Shown: positions 26,700 through 42,772 of the stretch, in pieces | How the letters are laid out: each line of letters begins with the position of its first letter | How positions within the stretch are numbered: the stretch's first letter is position 1 | Assembly: GCA_951406725.2 (NCBI GenBank) | Contig: OX597825.1 | Coordinates: 27,032,001 to 27,096,000, forward strand | Source: Octopus vulgaris | Taxonomy: Eukaryota | Length of the DNA stretch: 64,000 nt | Direction of reading: 5' to 3' | Program-made: the position numbers and the translations under genes | The notes under the pieces: generated by a model | Told to the model about the DNA's origin: nothing | Seen by the model: only the letters and a program-made list of their open reading frames with translations | The model's database searches: none

Positions 26700-29610
26700 A
26701 CCAATTTGGACATGTGTTGATGCTTATCAAGGCCAAAGTCCATACCGATGGCATTACTGAAATATTTAACAGTTGTTAGCAGCCCTGCTAGTTATTCGGC
26801 ATTTCTAGCAGTTTCAGGACACAGGAAATGTGTCAAAGACGACAGGAGACGTCGATGTTTCCTAGGGCTAAATGGCGGTGGTATAATTTCCTTACGAGGC
26901 TGTCACATTGAGTTGACAGTATACGACCACTATATCGCTCCACCACAGCTCATGTCTCTCTGAGACATTTAGAAATTCAATATTTCTAGTTTCAGATCGT
27001 CCGTATAAAACAGATAGTTTATTGTCGTATTGTAAATTTGAACCCACAACTAACGTGATTTAATTCGTTTGAGAGTGGAATCCGTGCCATGCAAAAGTGA
27101 AATGGGAAGAGAGAGTCACCGTGAAAGATGCCTCATTTGATGATGATGTTGTTATTCTGTCACATCCCGTTACTATGGTTTAGGAGACGTGTGTTCCAAT
27201 TGACCATGCTACTTTGTAGCAATGTGGAGATGACAGTAGAGATCTTATATATCTCAAAATCCTTGCGTATCCAATTATGTGGGACACTATGAAACATTTT
27301 CTTGTAGTATATTCATGCCATACTCATGTTCTTCTTTTGCTCCGGAAATTCTCTACTATTATTTCCAAAACTGTTTGAGCTTCTGGAATGATAGATCTCT
27401 GTTGAAGGAAGGCGTATATTCTGTCAGTTAATATGGTTATGAGGATCTTGTAGGTGGTTCTGAGACATATTATTGGTCGGTAGTCCTTTGGAGTTTTTGT
27501 GTCTTCAATTTTTGGTAGAAGGCAAGTTGTTCCTTCGGTCATCCAGCATCTCTGGTTTCTGGATGACAAGAGTTAGAGGAGCAGCGGAATTTGGGTGAAC
27601 TTCTGTCAGACAATTTAGGAATTCGGCCCAGTCCTGAAGTTTTTCTTTGCGAGACTTTCTAAGTACACATCTTAGGTCTTGCATTCCTATTGCTTTCCAT
27701 TTCTGCGCTTCAGCTTCCTCCATTTCTTCCTTCAGTTTCTCATGCTCTTTCCAGTCTGCTTTATCATTATATTCTTTTGGTTGCTCCATAGTTTCTTCCA
27801 GAACTCTTCTATTTCCTCAGTCTTAAGTGGCTCCCTTACTTCTATGTAACTTTTGCTGCTTTCCCTAGTATTTTTTGCGTCCGTCTTGAATACCTTGTTT
27901 TGTCGATAAAAGTTGATTCTTTTGTTATACCGTCTAAGCTGTTGGGCTTTGAGTTATATTCGTTGTTTCAACTGTTTCTTGGCTGCATGGAGGTTTATAG
28001 AATCTTATTCTTTTGCTTGATGTTTCTAGCTCGTTTCCTCTTAACATTTACTCCTATTAACAAGTTCATTGACAACTGATACATCGACCCGCAGATATTT
28101 GATCTCTTTTTATATTGCTATTTTCCACTTAGCAGGTCTGTTGACATGGTTGACCCTTTTCTGTGTCGTTCTGATACTTAGTTGAATAGATGTTTTTTTT
28201 AAGGTAATTTCCTTCATTAAGATCTGTCTAAGAACAACATTATATATCATGATTATATTGTTGTCATTTATAACGTCTGAGCACCATGGCAGTGGTTCGC
28301 TAGCGGTGATGTCAGTAGCCTCAATCTTACTGAGTTCTCTCATAATAGTTTCTTTTGCTTCTATGATCTTCTCTTTATTATTCACCTCAAAATCTGTGTC
28401 ATACATATTCTCGTGTTCTTGAGGTAGATCTAATTTCTCGTCCTTTACCACATGTCTTTTCTCCGCTATTCTTTCTTCAGCTTCGCTGTTGAAATATAAT
28501 GCTTGTACACTGGCTTCTGTGCATCTCTTACCTATTTCATCTACATTGTTGCTGTTTTCATTTGGTCTACCATGAGATATTTGTGTTCTAATTTAGCTCA
28601 TTTCAACGTCAATTAATCTTTTATTCTTAATGGTGTCTCTATGTACATTACTTAGATTATTTGCACCCATATATCTGAGTATTCCATTGTCTACAAAGAT
28701 CATCCATGAAACGTATGTTTGCAGTATGAGGTTATTGTTTCGGTTTAGCTGGGCTGTACAGAAAGCATTCAACACATCTCTGTATTCTTCTCTAGTTAAT
28801 GTTAGTTTTAGCTTAGATGATGTTTTTGGTGGCGCCCCTACAGGTCTAGGGTTAGGGTTATCCTGGATCTGGCTCCCTAGTAGATCATGTTTTAGATAGT
28901 TTGTTCTAGCAGCAGATTTGTCGACCCCAAATACAGTTCGTGTTGCCCGGGATGATGCCCGATCAGGTATGAGTTTTAGCTTGTCATTGAGGCATTGACA
29001 GTGGTAATAGGAGACGGGTCTGTATATTCAGAGTTGACTTATGACCCGACACCGCTTCTCTGTTCTTTGAATGGATATATTTATCATACTGTAGGCTGAT
29101 AGATCAAAAATCGCCTCTTTTCTATAGCTGTTTGGTTATGTTTTAAACTTAGTGACTAATTTGCTTCTATTTATATTGGTTTGTGGGAAGTCGCCTTGTT
29201 TTCTTTCGTACAGCGCCACTTTGACACGTGTTTTTCCTTTTATTTTCTGCATGTATACGTGTGTGTCGTGTGTCGTGTTAGCATTATTTATGTTGCTTAT
29301 AAGTATTAACATGTGCACATGCATTCATGGACAATTGCATATACAGGTAATTATTCAAATTATGTACTGTGTAAGAGGTGTTTTTTCAGGTCTCCTGATG
29401 CTGGCTTCGACTTATCGCGTATGTTGCATTGAGATATCGTGCATTTGAGAAAGATACTACACTTTATATGACAAAATTTCTTCCGGTATTTCAGTTCCTC
29501 TGCTTTAACATAACTCTTCCCACTGTTGTATTGCGAAGTTTCCCTTCCAGCGCACCGTTGCTATTAGATTGAGTTTGTTTTGTGGAGAGAGCTTCTTAGT
29601 GTACGTCTAT
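26700..29610 (-). mobile_element. Degenerate R4/Dong-clade LINE, 5' region plus RT (family 2)
   Basis: Minus-strand fragments REEYRDVLNAF..ANNLSNVHRDTIKNKRL; PKDYRPIICLRTTYKILIT; SVPHNWI; GIFHGDSLFPFHFC; INYLFYTDDLKL; KYFSNAIGMDFGLDK. The presumed 5' end abuts the (ATT)n tract at 29611. Confidence 0.82.
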
Positions 29611-29612
29611 AA

Positions 29613-29678
<66 letters not shown>
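29611..29678 (+). repeat. (ATT)n microsatellite
   Basis: Directly visible. Confidence 0.95.
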
Positions 29679-32600
29679 TTCATAACTTCATATAGAAAGT
29701 TATGATGACCTGGCTTTTTCAATATCCGAGTGTATTTCAATATAAGCTAAAGTCTTGTTACAGTCATATTTCGAGTGAACAATGAAATATTTTCAGAATT
29801 GCACAAGCGGATATGCATACATTTTGCATTATGTCACTTCTGTTTGATTATCTGATTTTAGATCTGTACCGTATTCCTGTATATGGCAATTTTACTTCAT
29901 TTTAAACTTTTTTCCTCTAACGTCCAACGCAATAAACAATGCCGTTCGCTGACTCCATAAACGTCAATAATTTTATGTAATCAGGAATAGAGGACAGCGC
30001 CGTTGCTATAATACGAATTGCGTGGACAGTTGAGTTAAATGTTTATAGTTGTTCGTATGGGCTTTCTGTGCTCGTAAAAGTTTTTTTTAGTAAATTGAAT
30101 ATTTTAAGTGTATTTACATGTATTAGCAATTTGTTTTTACATTTTGTCTTTTTTTTATGTTTCAATATTACCATAACGGGAATTTTTCCAGATGTCTAGC
30201 AACATATCGTATATTTATATATAGTGAACGGCGTGCATAGAATTTCAATGTTAAACATCATAGCATAAGGAGATGAGGTGGGGAATTATGGAAAGGAAAA
30301 GCAGGAGTAAATGGATGGGAAACAAATAAAAGATGGAACGACAATAATGATACAAGTCTAGTTTATACCAAACAATAAAATGGAACATGGAAATAACATG
30401 TGATTACATATTAAAAGCCATATGTCTGTTAAGTTAAACGATAAATATGAAATACATGTGACCAACAAGAATATAAAGTTAATATATTTTCAAGCGATAA
30501 CGGAGCAACGATGTCTGACCAGGTACGTTGATGCGGCCAAACCTTTTACACATAAATAAATGAGTTCAAATTAACTTTAACAGTTTTATGTGTATTGTGC
30601 ATATTGAATCCGTGCTTTGGTGGTGTTATGAGAGAAATAATTCATAACACATGTAGTAGCAACATACTAGATATGTCACTCTGTAGTAAAAGTATTGCAT
30701 AAGACTTCGTTTTCAATCGCTTTTGGCGATGACAATTGACGATAACGATTGCCTAACGTTTTTTTCTTTTTTTGGATAATGGCTCGTAAATAGAACGACG
30801 ACTATGTCTGGTATTAAAGCATCTATCTATCTATCTATCTATCTATATATCTCTCTCTCTTTCTCTCTCTCTCTCCCTTTATATATATATATATATATAT
30901 TAGTGGGCAGGTTTAAAGAATTTGCTGAGTGACCACTTAGTAAATTTAACTAACAAAAATATCACCGCACATATTGGTAAGTTACTCAGCTAATGCTGTT
31001 CGAATAACGCAAAATATCTAGGGCAGTGAACATTACTCGTTCAATTTTAAAGAATAATTTACGGATTTGGTTTCATGCTTTCTATATACGTTAACATGCA
31101 TGAGGAATATCGGTTCTGCACAAGCTACAGACTTCATTAGTAGAGAGTGTCCAACAATACAAAATGCAAAAATCTCCTTTATAATCTCTGAGATGTAATG
31201 CCTATGTTTATGGGCTTCTTCTTCATATCTTCAAAGGTATATCTATTTAGATTAAAGCATTGGATTATTTTGTTTCTAAATACTTTTAACATGGGTACGA
31301 TTTTCAAGAAAATAAACCACTTTCTTAAGGTATTGCTTATATATCTATAAGGGCAGCTGCACTCTAATAATTTAAGTGTTGTTAATATAAATAAACAGAC
31401 ATTCTAACTGCACACTTTCAAAGAGAGTCTATATCGAAATTGAAGTTGAACAAATAAAATCACTTTATTTTATAATCTTAGTAATTAAATGCAATTGTGT
31501 GTGGAATGCTGTTTGAATAGTCGAAATTGAATGGAATTTCAAGAAATGATCTTTCTAGAGAGATGTAAGTGTAGCGAAAAATTAAATTACGTACGTTTGC
31601 GAACAGTTAACGTAAAGTGTATCGCTGTAGTGAAAAGCTTTTAAATCTATTGAAGCATAAATCTAATGTTGATTAATGTTGACACGAGGTTAATTCAGAA
31701 AAAAAATACTGAATCGGTAATTGTAATCCTAGACTACATTTACACATAGTTTAGATTACCTCTTTAACAGTTAAATACAAAATCTAAGTTTCTCTTTTTT
31801 TTTATATATATAATCAGAATACCGTCATCGAACATATTGCTAACTTTTCAAATTTTTGCCTGTCGGTTTAATTCTCAGGTTACGTTATTTCATGTGGTCG
31901 TAAAATTTATTGAACACATAACCCATGCCAATAATGACTTCTTTTGAATCTGAAACAGGCCAATTTATCGAACAGACTTAATATCAGACGAAAAGAAGCT
32001 CATTAAATTCAATATACTTATTTAGTCGATGCAGACAGAATGAATTACGAAGCGGAACTAGACTAGATTTGTTAAATGGAAGTCCTAGATTAAATGTTGA
32101 CTACATACTGCATCGCATTTATTTTTGTACCCAATTGTCTTTATACTCTTTGCAACGAGCCATATTTACACATATAAATCTCTTTCCAGTGTCTATCAAG
32201 TCTCAATTCATACGTATCTTTCTACGAGTGGTACTAATAAAATTGATTATGGAGCATATGAACTATATCTCCAAATACATCTTTTGAAGAATACCTGATA
32301 TAACCAGAGATTTACCTGGGGTTGGATTTTCTCAAACAGTAATATCAGATACGCTAGACTATAGTCGGCCTGGCTGAATATGAAGAACACCCCAGGCCAC
32401 ATGTTAGAGGTTTAATAGGTCGTGTGCTTTACTGAAAAAGAAACGAATTCGCCGACAAATACACCCAACTGTCTGCAAAAGGAATACTTATTTGATGCAA
32501 TAAAATTGTTTTACCGCTGCAAATAAAAACAAAAATGATATAGTAAATCAAAAAACATAATTGCATATTTGTATTTTATCTCTACTAGTTAAATACTGTG

Positions 32601-35600
32601 ACATAGTAGATGAACGGAAATAGCAATATATGATTAATTCGAAAAAGACAATTCGGAAAAGACAATTGCTTATTGAATGAAGCGAAAACGCAATTAGTGC
32701 TATGTTTTGAGAGGAGTCGAAAACTTAAGCATAGTATAACTAAGATATAGAAATCTATAAGCAACATCTCAAATTTTGAACAAGCCTATAGTAATCTATC
32801 TATAAAACATCACATTGTATTTACGATAAAGATATCTATCTTTGGAACATCACATCATAGTTACGATGCAAAAATAAACCTATAAACCTATAAACATCTG
32901 GAAGTTTTGTCAAGCACAGGCGATTTTCTAAAAGTATCTTAAATCTTTGAATCACACACTGTTTCATAGTTTGAAGTGATAGAAACGGATTACACATTTT
33001 GGAGAGCCGTTAACTAGCAATACTTTGGTCGCGACTGTGATCACAGCAGCGATGACGACCGAATGAGAGAGGAAGCGAGGAGAAAGAGAGTGAGAGAGAA
33101 GACGAGAAGCATGCAGGTAAACAAGCTGAAATTTTAATAATTTACTCAAACGTGGAAGAACAGTATCCATAAGGAATTTCGTTACCTTCAAGCTAGGTAA
33201 GAGGAAAGCAGAAATTATCACGAATTCTATTTTGAATTCTTAGAACGAATTGGAATACACTAAGTGTGCAAATGTACCATATGTGGATCATAACTTGGTA
33301 GGCAAATTAAAACTTAATAGAAATTACTCACATTGCATTGAGAACTAACCCTTTAACACTAGGCCCTCTCAAAATGCAATGTGATTACGCTCACAGTGGG
33401 TCACAAGTTGTTAAAAGAAGGTTTCCAATAAGGACTCACTGTCAGTTTCTAGGAAATTATATGTGAATGCATCAAGAGCATAACTGAAGAAACAGTTTTG
33501 TAGTTCCTGTTAGAGGCCAATAAGAACTACATAGTAATCGCATTTATCAAGTGACCTAAAATTAGCTAGATGCTTATAGTCTCTTCCTCTCTCTCAATAA
33601 AAGTGATTGCATTACGTAAAGATAGTTCTCTCTCATTTTCAAACTGTCTGTCTTACATCTATGATTTTAAGTATTGTGTTATTATTTAATATTTCTTCGA
33701 GACATTTTATATCACAACCCGCCTTACCACCACGAGTGTAAAATATATAATAATTAACGATAAACGTATATTCTCAGGACGTGACTACTGCATATGCAAT
33801 ACTTGCAAGAAACACGTCAATATATTCAGACGACTGCGACATAAGAGAAAATCCGATGTAAACATTAATGTATGAATTTAATTTGAAAATTACACATCAG
33901 ATGTTTATAAAGTGTATCGATTCCCCTTGATCATAGCAAATAATAAAATAATTAAATAAAGCCAAAACAAAAATGTAAAATGTTATAAACTCACTATAAA
34001 ACTCTATTTGTTGGAGGAAATAAAGGTTTCTAAATGTATGCTCACTTTGTGCCTCACTATTTCTCTCTCTCTCTCTCTCTCTTTCTCCTTCTTTCCATTT
34101 CTCGTGCAAACACACACACATATCTTTATATTACTATATAATGTGTATCCGTGTATGTGTGTGGGTTTATGTATTTTTTTATGTTGTGTGTGCTTAGAGA
34201 ATAATTAATGAGTGTAAATGAAATATTAAATATAAATATAAATATAAGCGCGCAATGACAGAGTGTGTGAGTTATCCTCAACTCGCATAGGAATGTCATT
34301 CACTAAACCAGAATCTGATGGACAGTTTTAATTTGTTGTACTTTTAAACAGATTTAACCTGGGAAGGCATTCTCATTAAGAGTATTATATTAAGATTACT
34401 ATAAGCCAATTATACACGCTTGTATCTGTTAAACATACAATGGTGCGGATAATTCATGACAAGTTTAACTGATAAATGGCAAATGTATCTGATGCTTTCA
34501 GAAACAAGTGATGTGAGATATTTCATTATATGAATCATCCTGTATATCAATGGTAATGAGATTTCAAATGACGAATACTCCATTGAGATCTTACACAGTC
34601 ATATGATTGGCAAGTGTAGCAAGACTTTGGCTATATTCGAGCCACCAGCTAAGAACTAGCGCCTATTCATAATCCCCCAAAAACTGGAACGTTAACCGGC
34701 CAATTAGCATTAGCTATCGAGTATCAACTAACGGTCTCGGACAGCAAATTACTATGTACGTTTTATACCAAATTATAACAGGAATTCTCCAGAAATACAT
34801 GTTCAATGTTATAAAAGATGATGGCTTCGATATACTATAACTAAATCTACCTTACCACTTGTTCTTCGAGATTTAATATTGCCTCTTTCCACAAACCATT
34901 ACATCATAGTCACTGAAATATATTCGGAACAAGGAAATAATCCCTGTTTTAATATTGAAATGATTTCATGCACATTATTTTTTATTTCTTTAATAATAAT
35001 GGATACAAGAAACAACATATTCCTTTAGAATATCTTATTTTCTAACTTACACATGGTAAATATTTAAGTGTCGTTCAGAGATCTACAGAGGTCTTCTTGT
35101 GCATAATATAAATTCACTCTGTACATATGTAATAACTTAAACGTTTACTGTAGCAAGTATATAAAAGAGCTTGTTTTATAGTTATTCTCGTTTACGAACA
35201 GGGATATTTAATCAGCAATGATGTAATATTGAACGAGAATATTGAACGAGAAATAACAGAAATGTACACCTTAAAATACACCTAAATATCCTACCTTAAG
35301 ATGGGAACAGCATATTCTCAATAATAGAAAAAAGCACGAGTAAAACTATGATCAAAGCAGAAAATGCCAATTTCATTGCATGATTGGGTAGGATTGGCAA
35401 TATGCCAACTTGTTAAAAAATGGTAGCTTTTTTCACAACAACACTGCAGTTTGCAGAAAGAATAGGCTATAAGCAATAACATCAATTTATTTCACAAAGA
35501 AGATATAAGCTCTGTAAAGTCAACCAAAGTTTATTTTACATTGATGGAAACATGAATGTCTCTAATGGAGTTAATTTAGATACACATTGTGCCTTGTGAA

Positions 35601-36679
35601 CAAATACCTTCTTCAAAATGCATTATTCAATGCATTTGAAATGTGCACTATATTATTTGCATAATCAAAATACATGCTCTATTATAAACACATCAAGAGA
35701 ATAACTCTTCTTTGGCACTTAATTCCGTCGGCCTGTATTCAAAATTTAAATGGTTTTTTTCTCGCTTTCGATGTTGTGTGTTGTTTTGTCGTTAAGTAAC
35801 GACAAGAAAAACCAAGTGTTTCATTGAAAATGCAACATTTCTTACTTATATATTTAGATACAATTCAGCAATTACATGCTGTTCAATGTGAAATAAAATT
35901 TAGATATCTCAAAGCATAACGTATTCTAGAGTAGACTTTATCAGCAAATGAGATAAGGCATACTCTCTGCAAGTCTTATAAAGGAAGGAGATTTATCGCT
36001 ATAGTCTTTTAAGTTCCTATATAGAATTAGGTGAATATTTTATAATTTATTTGGCAGTTTTTGAGAAATTCTATGCAAACAGAAGCGCATGCCAAGTAAA
36101 ACCTAGAAATGTCCGTATCTAATTTGTTGACCAACAAGATACATACGGTGTACGTATATATGTTGTTGTTCAACATGTATAGCTTCAGAAAAGTACTTCC
36201 ACATTCAAGATTTCGATGAAGATTCTACTCGCAATTTAAATTGATAAGATTGAATATATAATATTTCTATTTTCCGGTATACGTGCTCGCCCTGGTAGGT
36301 TTATACACACCCCGAGCCAGAAATAGCATTTTGCAGCTGTCTACAGTGTTAATTTATTGCTTTTACATTACTTATTATATAACACTTTACTCGAAACTAA
36401 ATGTGCTGCTGTTAAGATGCAACAGATTCAAAGGTATATTTCTTTTATTCTGTTTATCACATGATGGCTGTATCTGTCAGCTTTTCCCTCTTGTAGATGT
36501 TTGTTGTAGTGACAAATTATCTATAATATTTATGGGCACATTTAGACGGATTCGGTGAAGCAGGGGTAACAAAGACATAAGGATTATAGTATAAATGCTG
36601 CAAATAATATATATACACACACCAACAGAAACACACATTTATATACATACATATATGTATATATACGTACATGTATACG

Positions 36680-36820
36680 AGGAACTTCTTTCACCTAAAT
36701 ACACCCACAAGGCATTTGGTTAGCGTGAGGCTATGGGAGAAAATATTTGCCCAAACTGCCACTCAGTGAGACCGACCCACGTATCTAGTGGTTCTAAACT
36801 AACTTTCTTACCATACAGTC
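36680..36820 (-). mobile_element. Old SINE family A fragment
   Basis: CACAAGGCATTTGGT...GAGGCTAT...TTGCCCAA..GCCAC.CAGTG.GAC resembles 177-245. Confidence 0.55.
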
Positions 36821-36878
36821 ACGTCTGCGTCCATGAACGCTTTCACGTATTACATACGTATATGTATACAATATACAT

Positions 36879-36910
<32 letters not shown>

Positions 36911-37350
36911 GCATTTGTATATATATACATATATAAAGATATATTTATGCTTATACATATTTATACATACATATGTGTGTGTGTATGTATACATATTTGT
37001 GTATATATGTGAGTGAGTGAGTGTGTATGTGTGTTTATGTTTGTGTTTGTATGTGTACATGTGTGTGTAATTTATTGGATTCAAGTGAATCAGGCACTAA
37101 AGTCGTAATGCCCCGGGTCGGCTTGAAAACAAATATGTCTACACAATGAAAATAAAGGAGAACATATTCTGGTACCGATGTACAACCACAAAAATATTCA
37201 GGTAACGTATACAAATTAACTTAACCTGACCGAGTTTTTTAATAGACTGGAGACTAATCAAAAGGACACACATTCCACTAAATGGAGAGTCTATGAGACA
37301 CATCCCGAGTGCGGTGAGTCATAAATAGATAAATGATAATAATAATAACA

Positions 37351-37388
<38 letters not shown>

Positions 37389-37754
37389 GCGACGCCTGGT
37401 GGGTTCGACTGCTCCGCATTGAGAAGGGGCAAATACCCTGAAACTAATCTAACCTCCCCTGTTAGAAGGTTATAATGGACACAGGTTCGTGTGTCACATA
37501 GCTAGCTAGAGGCGATGGCCTCTTGGATCTAATTTACGGCAGCATTCGTCCTATATTTCTGGACTGTCATATTAGCTTGGCGATAACTATTAATATGCAG
37601 TACCGCTGCTGTAGTTTACTTTAGAGAGACTTAGAAATGTTAATATATATAAATATATACGTATATATATACACATATGTGCGTGTACGTGTGTACATAT
37701 ATACGCGTATTTGTTAGAGTATTCTGCAAACTTTTCGAAGATTGTCCAGGATAT

Positions 37755-37948
37755 CTATTTCTTTACTACCCACAAGAGGCTAAATTCAGAGGGGACAAAC
37801 AAGGATCGAACCCAGTGCGCGACAGGTACTTATTTTATCGACCCCGAAAGGAAGAAAGGTGGAATTTGAACTTAGAACGTAGCGGGAGACGAAATACTGC
37901 TACGCATTTCGCCGGGCGTGCTAACGATTCTGCCAGCTCGCCGCCTTA
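37755..37948 (-). mobile_element. SINE family B, internally deleted
   Basis: TATTTCTTTACTACCCACAAG...GCCAGCTCGCCGCCTTA as in 3787-4020. Confidence 0.85.
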
Positions 37949-38184
37949 CCGTTAACTGGATATTAAATTACCGATCACAAGCAGGTCCCTCACACCATAA
38001 TATTTTAATCTTCCTAGAAGCGTTAACGGCAGAATCAGCCTGTGCAGGATTTAAATTTAGAAGAGGCAAGAACAAAGTTCCATACTTAGCAAAATTCAAC
38101 AAACTTGTCTGACGAGTTCCCAAGTTTTTAGTCTACAATATTTTATAGATAAAATACACACACACTCACACTTATATATATGTA

Positions 38185-38242
<58 letters not shown>

Positions 38243-38736
38243 TATATATGTATACATATATCTATATATATGTATATGTATTTACATATATGTATATATG
38301 TATATATATATATGTATATGTGTATATATATATATATACACATATGTATATGTATATATACAAACATTTTTTAATGTGTGTGTGTTATATGTCATCGATA
38401 AATGCGAGGACGGAGAAAAGAAAATAAATAGTGATTCGGCACCATTGTTCTAAATCTTTCTTATTCTTACGCCGAGAAACTCTAAGAACAATGGTGCCTG
38501 TTTCCTTAATCTACTGAATACAAGAATAAATATAAAACACTTTATATTCTCAGTATTAATGATGTCACGGATCATTGCACAGAAAACATTTGTGGTTCGT
38601 TAACTCAGTCAGTAATTTTCATACTGATGGCCTATAAGTGAAAATATTTCTACCAAGATAACAAGATATATATATATATATATAATATATATAAATATAA
38701 GTAATAAAAATCACACAAATGCATGATACGTATATA

Positions 38737-38815
<79 letters not shown>

Positions 38816-39064
38816 CATAGATGTATATACATATGTATGTATATTATATATTTATATATGTAGATATTCATATATACATACTCATATGTGTGTGTGTGTT
38901 TAGGTTTGTATGCGTGTACGTATTGTAGATCGTACTTGATATATTACACTGATATACCTCTGCAAGTCTGAGAGCATTCTCTGCGTGTCGCATGACTAAT
39001 ATATTAAACGACTTTATTTTTATTGTTAGTAATATTATTCTTATCATCATTATTATTTTTGTTA

Positions 39065-39271
39065 ACGCTTGACCAAGCAGAATCGTTAGCACGTTGGACG
39101 AAATACTTAGATGTATTTCGATCGTAGCTGCACCCTGAGTTAAAATTCCGTTGAGGTAGACTTTGCCTCACATCATCTCGTGGTCGATAAATAAAGTAAC
39201 AGTTGTGTACTGGGGTCAGTCTAATCGCCTGTCCCCACACAAATTTCAGTCCTTGTGCCTACAGCAGAAGG

Positions 39272-39275
<4 letters not shown>
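39065..39275 (+). mobile_element. SINE family B variant with alternative 3' end and (ATT)n tail
   Basis: GCAGAATCGTTAGCAC...GAGTTAAAATTCCG..GAGGT.GACTTTGCC...CCTTGTGCCTA..GAAGGATTATT. Confidence 0.75.
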
Positions 39276-40810
<1,535 letters not shown>

Positions 40811-40887
40811 CATATATATGTATATATATTTATATATATATATACATACATGTATATATATAAATACATACATATATATACATATAC

Positions 40888-40918
<31 letters not shown>

Positions 40919-41658
40919 CATACATACACACACACATATGTATATGTGTGTGTGTCTGTGTGTGTGTGTATGTATATGTATATAGAATGGACTATTTTGT
41001 CATGAACGACAGATGAGAGTTCAGTGAAATACAGCATTAATCGTGTTCTATGGACATGAATATGTCACTTGAGGCCTACTGATGTCTTGAATATCTTTTG
41101 GTTAATGGAGCAAATTTAGGACTGAGTTTGCTTGAGACCTTGTAGATTATTTACGATATGTTTTCTGGAGTGAACAGCTAGGTTTTAACTTCGTGCCACA
41201 AAACCACAGTTGGCTTTAAGGTTTCCATTTCGGGCAGCAATGGTCCGCCAGCTCAGCTTCGTGCTTGCACGATGTTGGTCCCCGCGTTGGAGTCGATTTT
41301 GCTAAAATATTTGAACTGAGGAGAAGCAGGACGAGCGCGCCAGGTCCTATGTTCTGATGCTTGGTTTTACCAGGAACTAAAGGGTGTATACTAGTAACAA
41401 TAGAAAGATGGGTGGGAATTCGCTTCGGCCGTTTTTAATCATTACTTTAATTGATAATTCATTGAATATATTTTGCTCCGTGGATTTCAAAATGTGTTAA
41501 ATCATTTGAAATGTTCTTGATTCTAAAGTTCATGAATTCCTCCAAATAAAATTGTTTCTTTATAATGATATAATGTTTCCATTTATCAATTAAAGAAACA
41601 ATTAGAAACGGCCGTAATGAATAAACACATAGCCATCAATTGTTACTTGTGTGTGTGA

Positions 41659-41718
<60 letters not shown>

Positions 41719-41757
41719 ATATATATATAGAGAGAGAGAGAGAAAGAGAGAGAGATA

Positions 41758-41798
41758 CATAGATAGATAGATAGATAGTTAGTTAGATGGATAGATAG

Positions 41799-41890
<92 letters not shown>
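41758..41890 (+). repeat. (GATA)n microsatellite
   Basis: Directly visible. Confidence 0.95.
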
Positions 41891-42344
41891 GCGTATGTAT
41901 AGGTATATATACATTGATATATGAATATATATATATATGTATAAATAAAATAACAAAGGTATCAAAAGTGAATCTGGTGAGCTAACAACAAACAAGAAAG
42001 GACCTTTGGCGTATATCTATGCACTTGTACAGAAAGAAATTAGGAAACGAGAAGATTTATTGACATTGTCACGTGGGTTTGGAGAGTAGAGGGGGATAGA
42101 ATGTGGTGTCTTGCAGTGATCTGTTTGCCTCGGATTTGTAGAGGTCTGAACACCACACCGCCACAGTTCCACCTTTGACAGCCTTTTACACGTTTGCAAA
42201 CTCTTACAAATTCATCGACTATATGGAATGATCCCCATTATCTATCATCCAGGGGGAAGGTCGGTGACCCAGGTCAACGACGGGCAGTCTTCTTCATTAA
42301 ATGCTGGCGGTGTAGTGTGGAATAGAGTTTGCAGTCTCACAGTA

Positions 42345-42610
42345 AAACGATGAAAGCTCCAGTTGATCTGATCAACGGTACAGACTGCTCGTGAAAATAA
42401 CGTGCAAGTCGTTATGCACTCAATGAGATTCGATGTGACAGAGAGTGTAGCAAATCTGGCCCTCTGAAATACACGTACTACTCATTTTTGTTAGCTGATT
42501 GGACTGGAACAACGTGAAATAAAGTGTCTTGCTTCGAGACACAACTCGTCGCCGAGAATTGAACTCACTTCCGTACGACTGTGAGCCTACTGCCGTTATC
42601 ATTAAGCCAG
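42345..42610 (-). mobile_element. SINE family C: tRNA-like head plus conserved-domain-like body
   Basis: Minus strand GAGTTCAATTCTC (B-box-like) then TGTGTCTCGAAGCAAGACACTTTATTTCACGTTGTTCCAGTCCAATCAGCT. A related degenerate copy lies at about 58135-58235 (+). Confidence 0.65.
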
Positions 42611-42635
42611 TCATTTACACACGCACACAAACATA

Positions 42636-42715
<80 letters not shown>

Positions 42716-42741
42716 TATACATATACATATATATATACACG

Positions 42742-42772
<31 letters not shown>

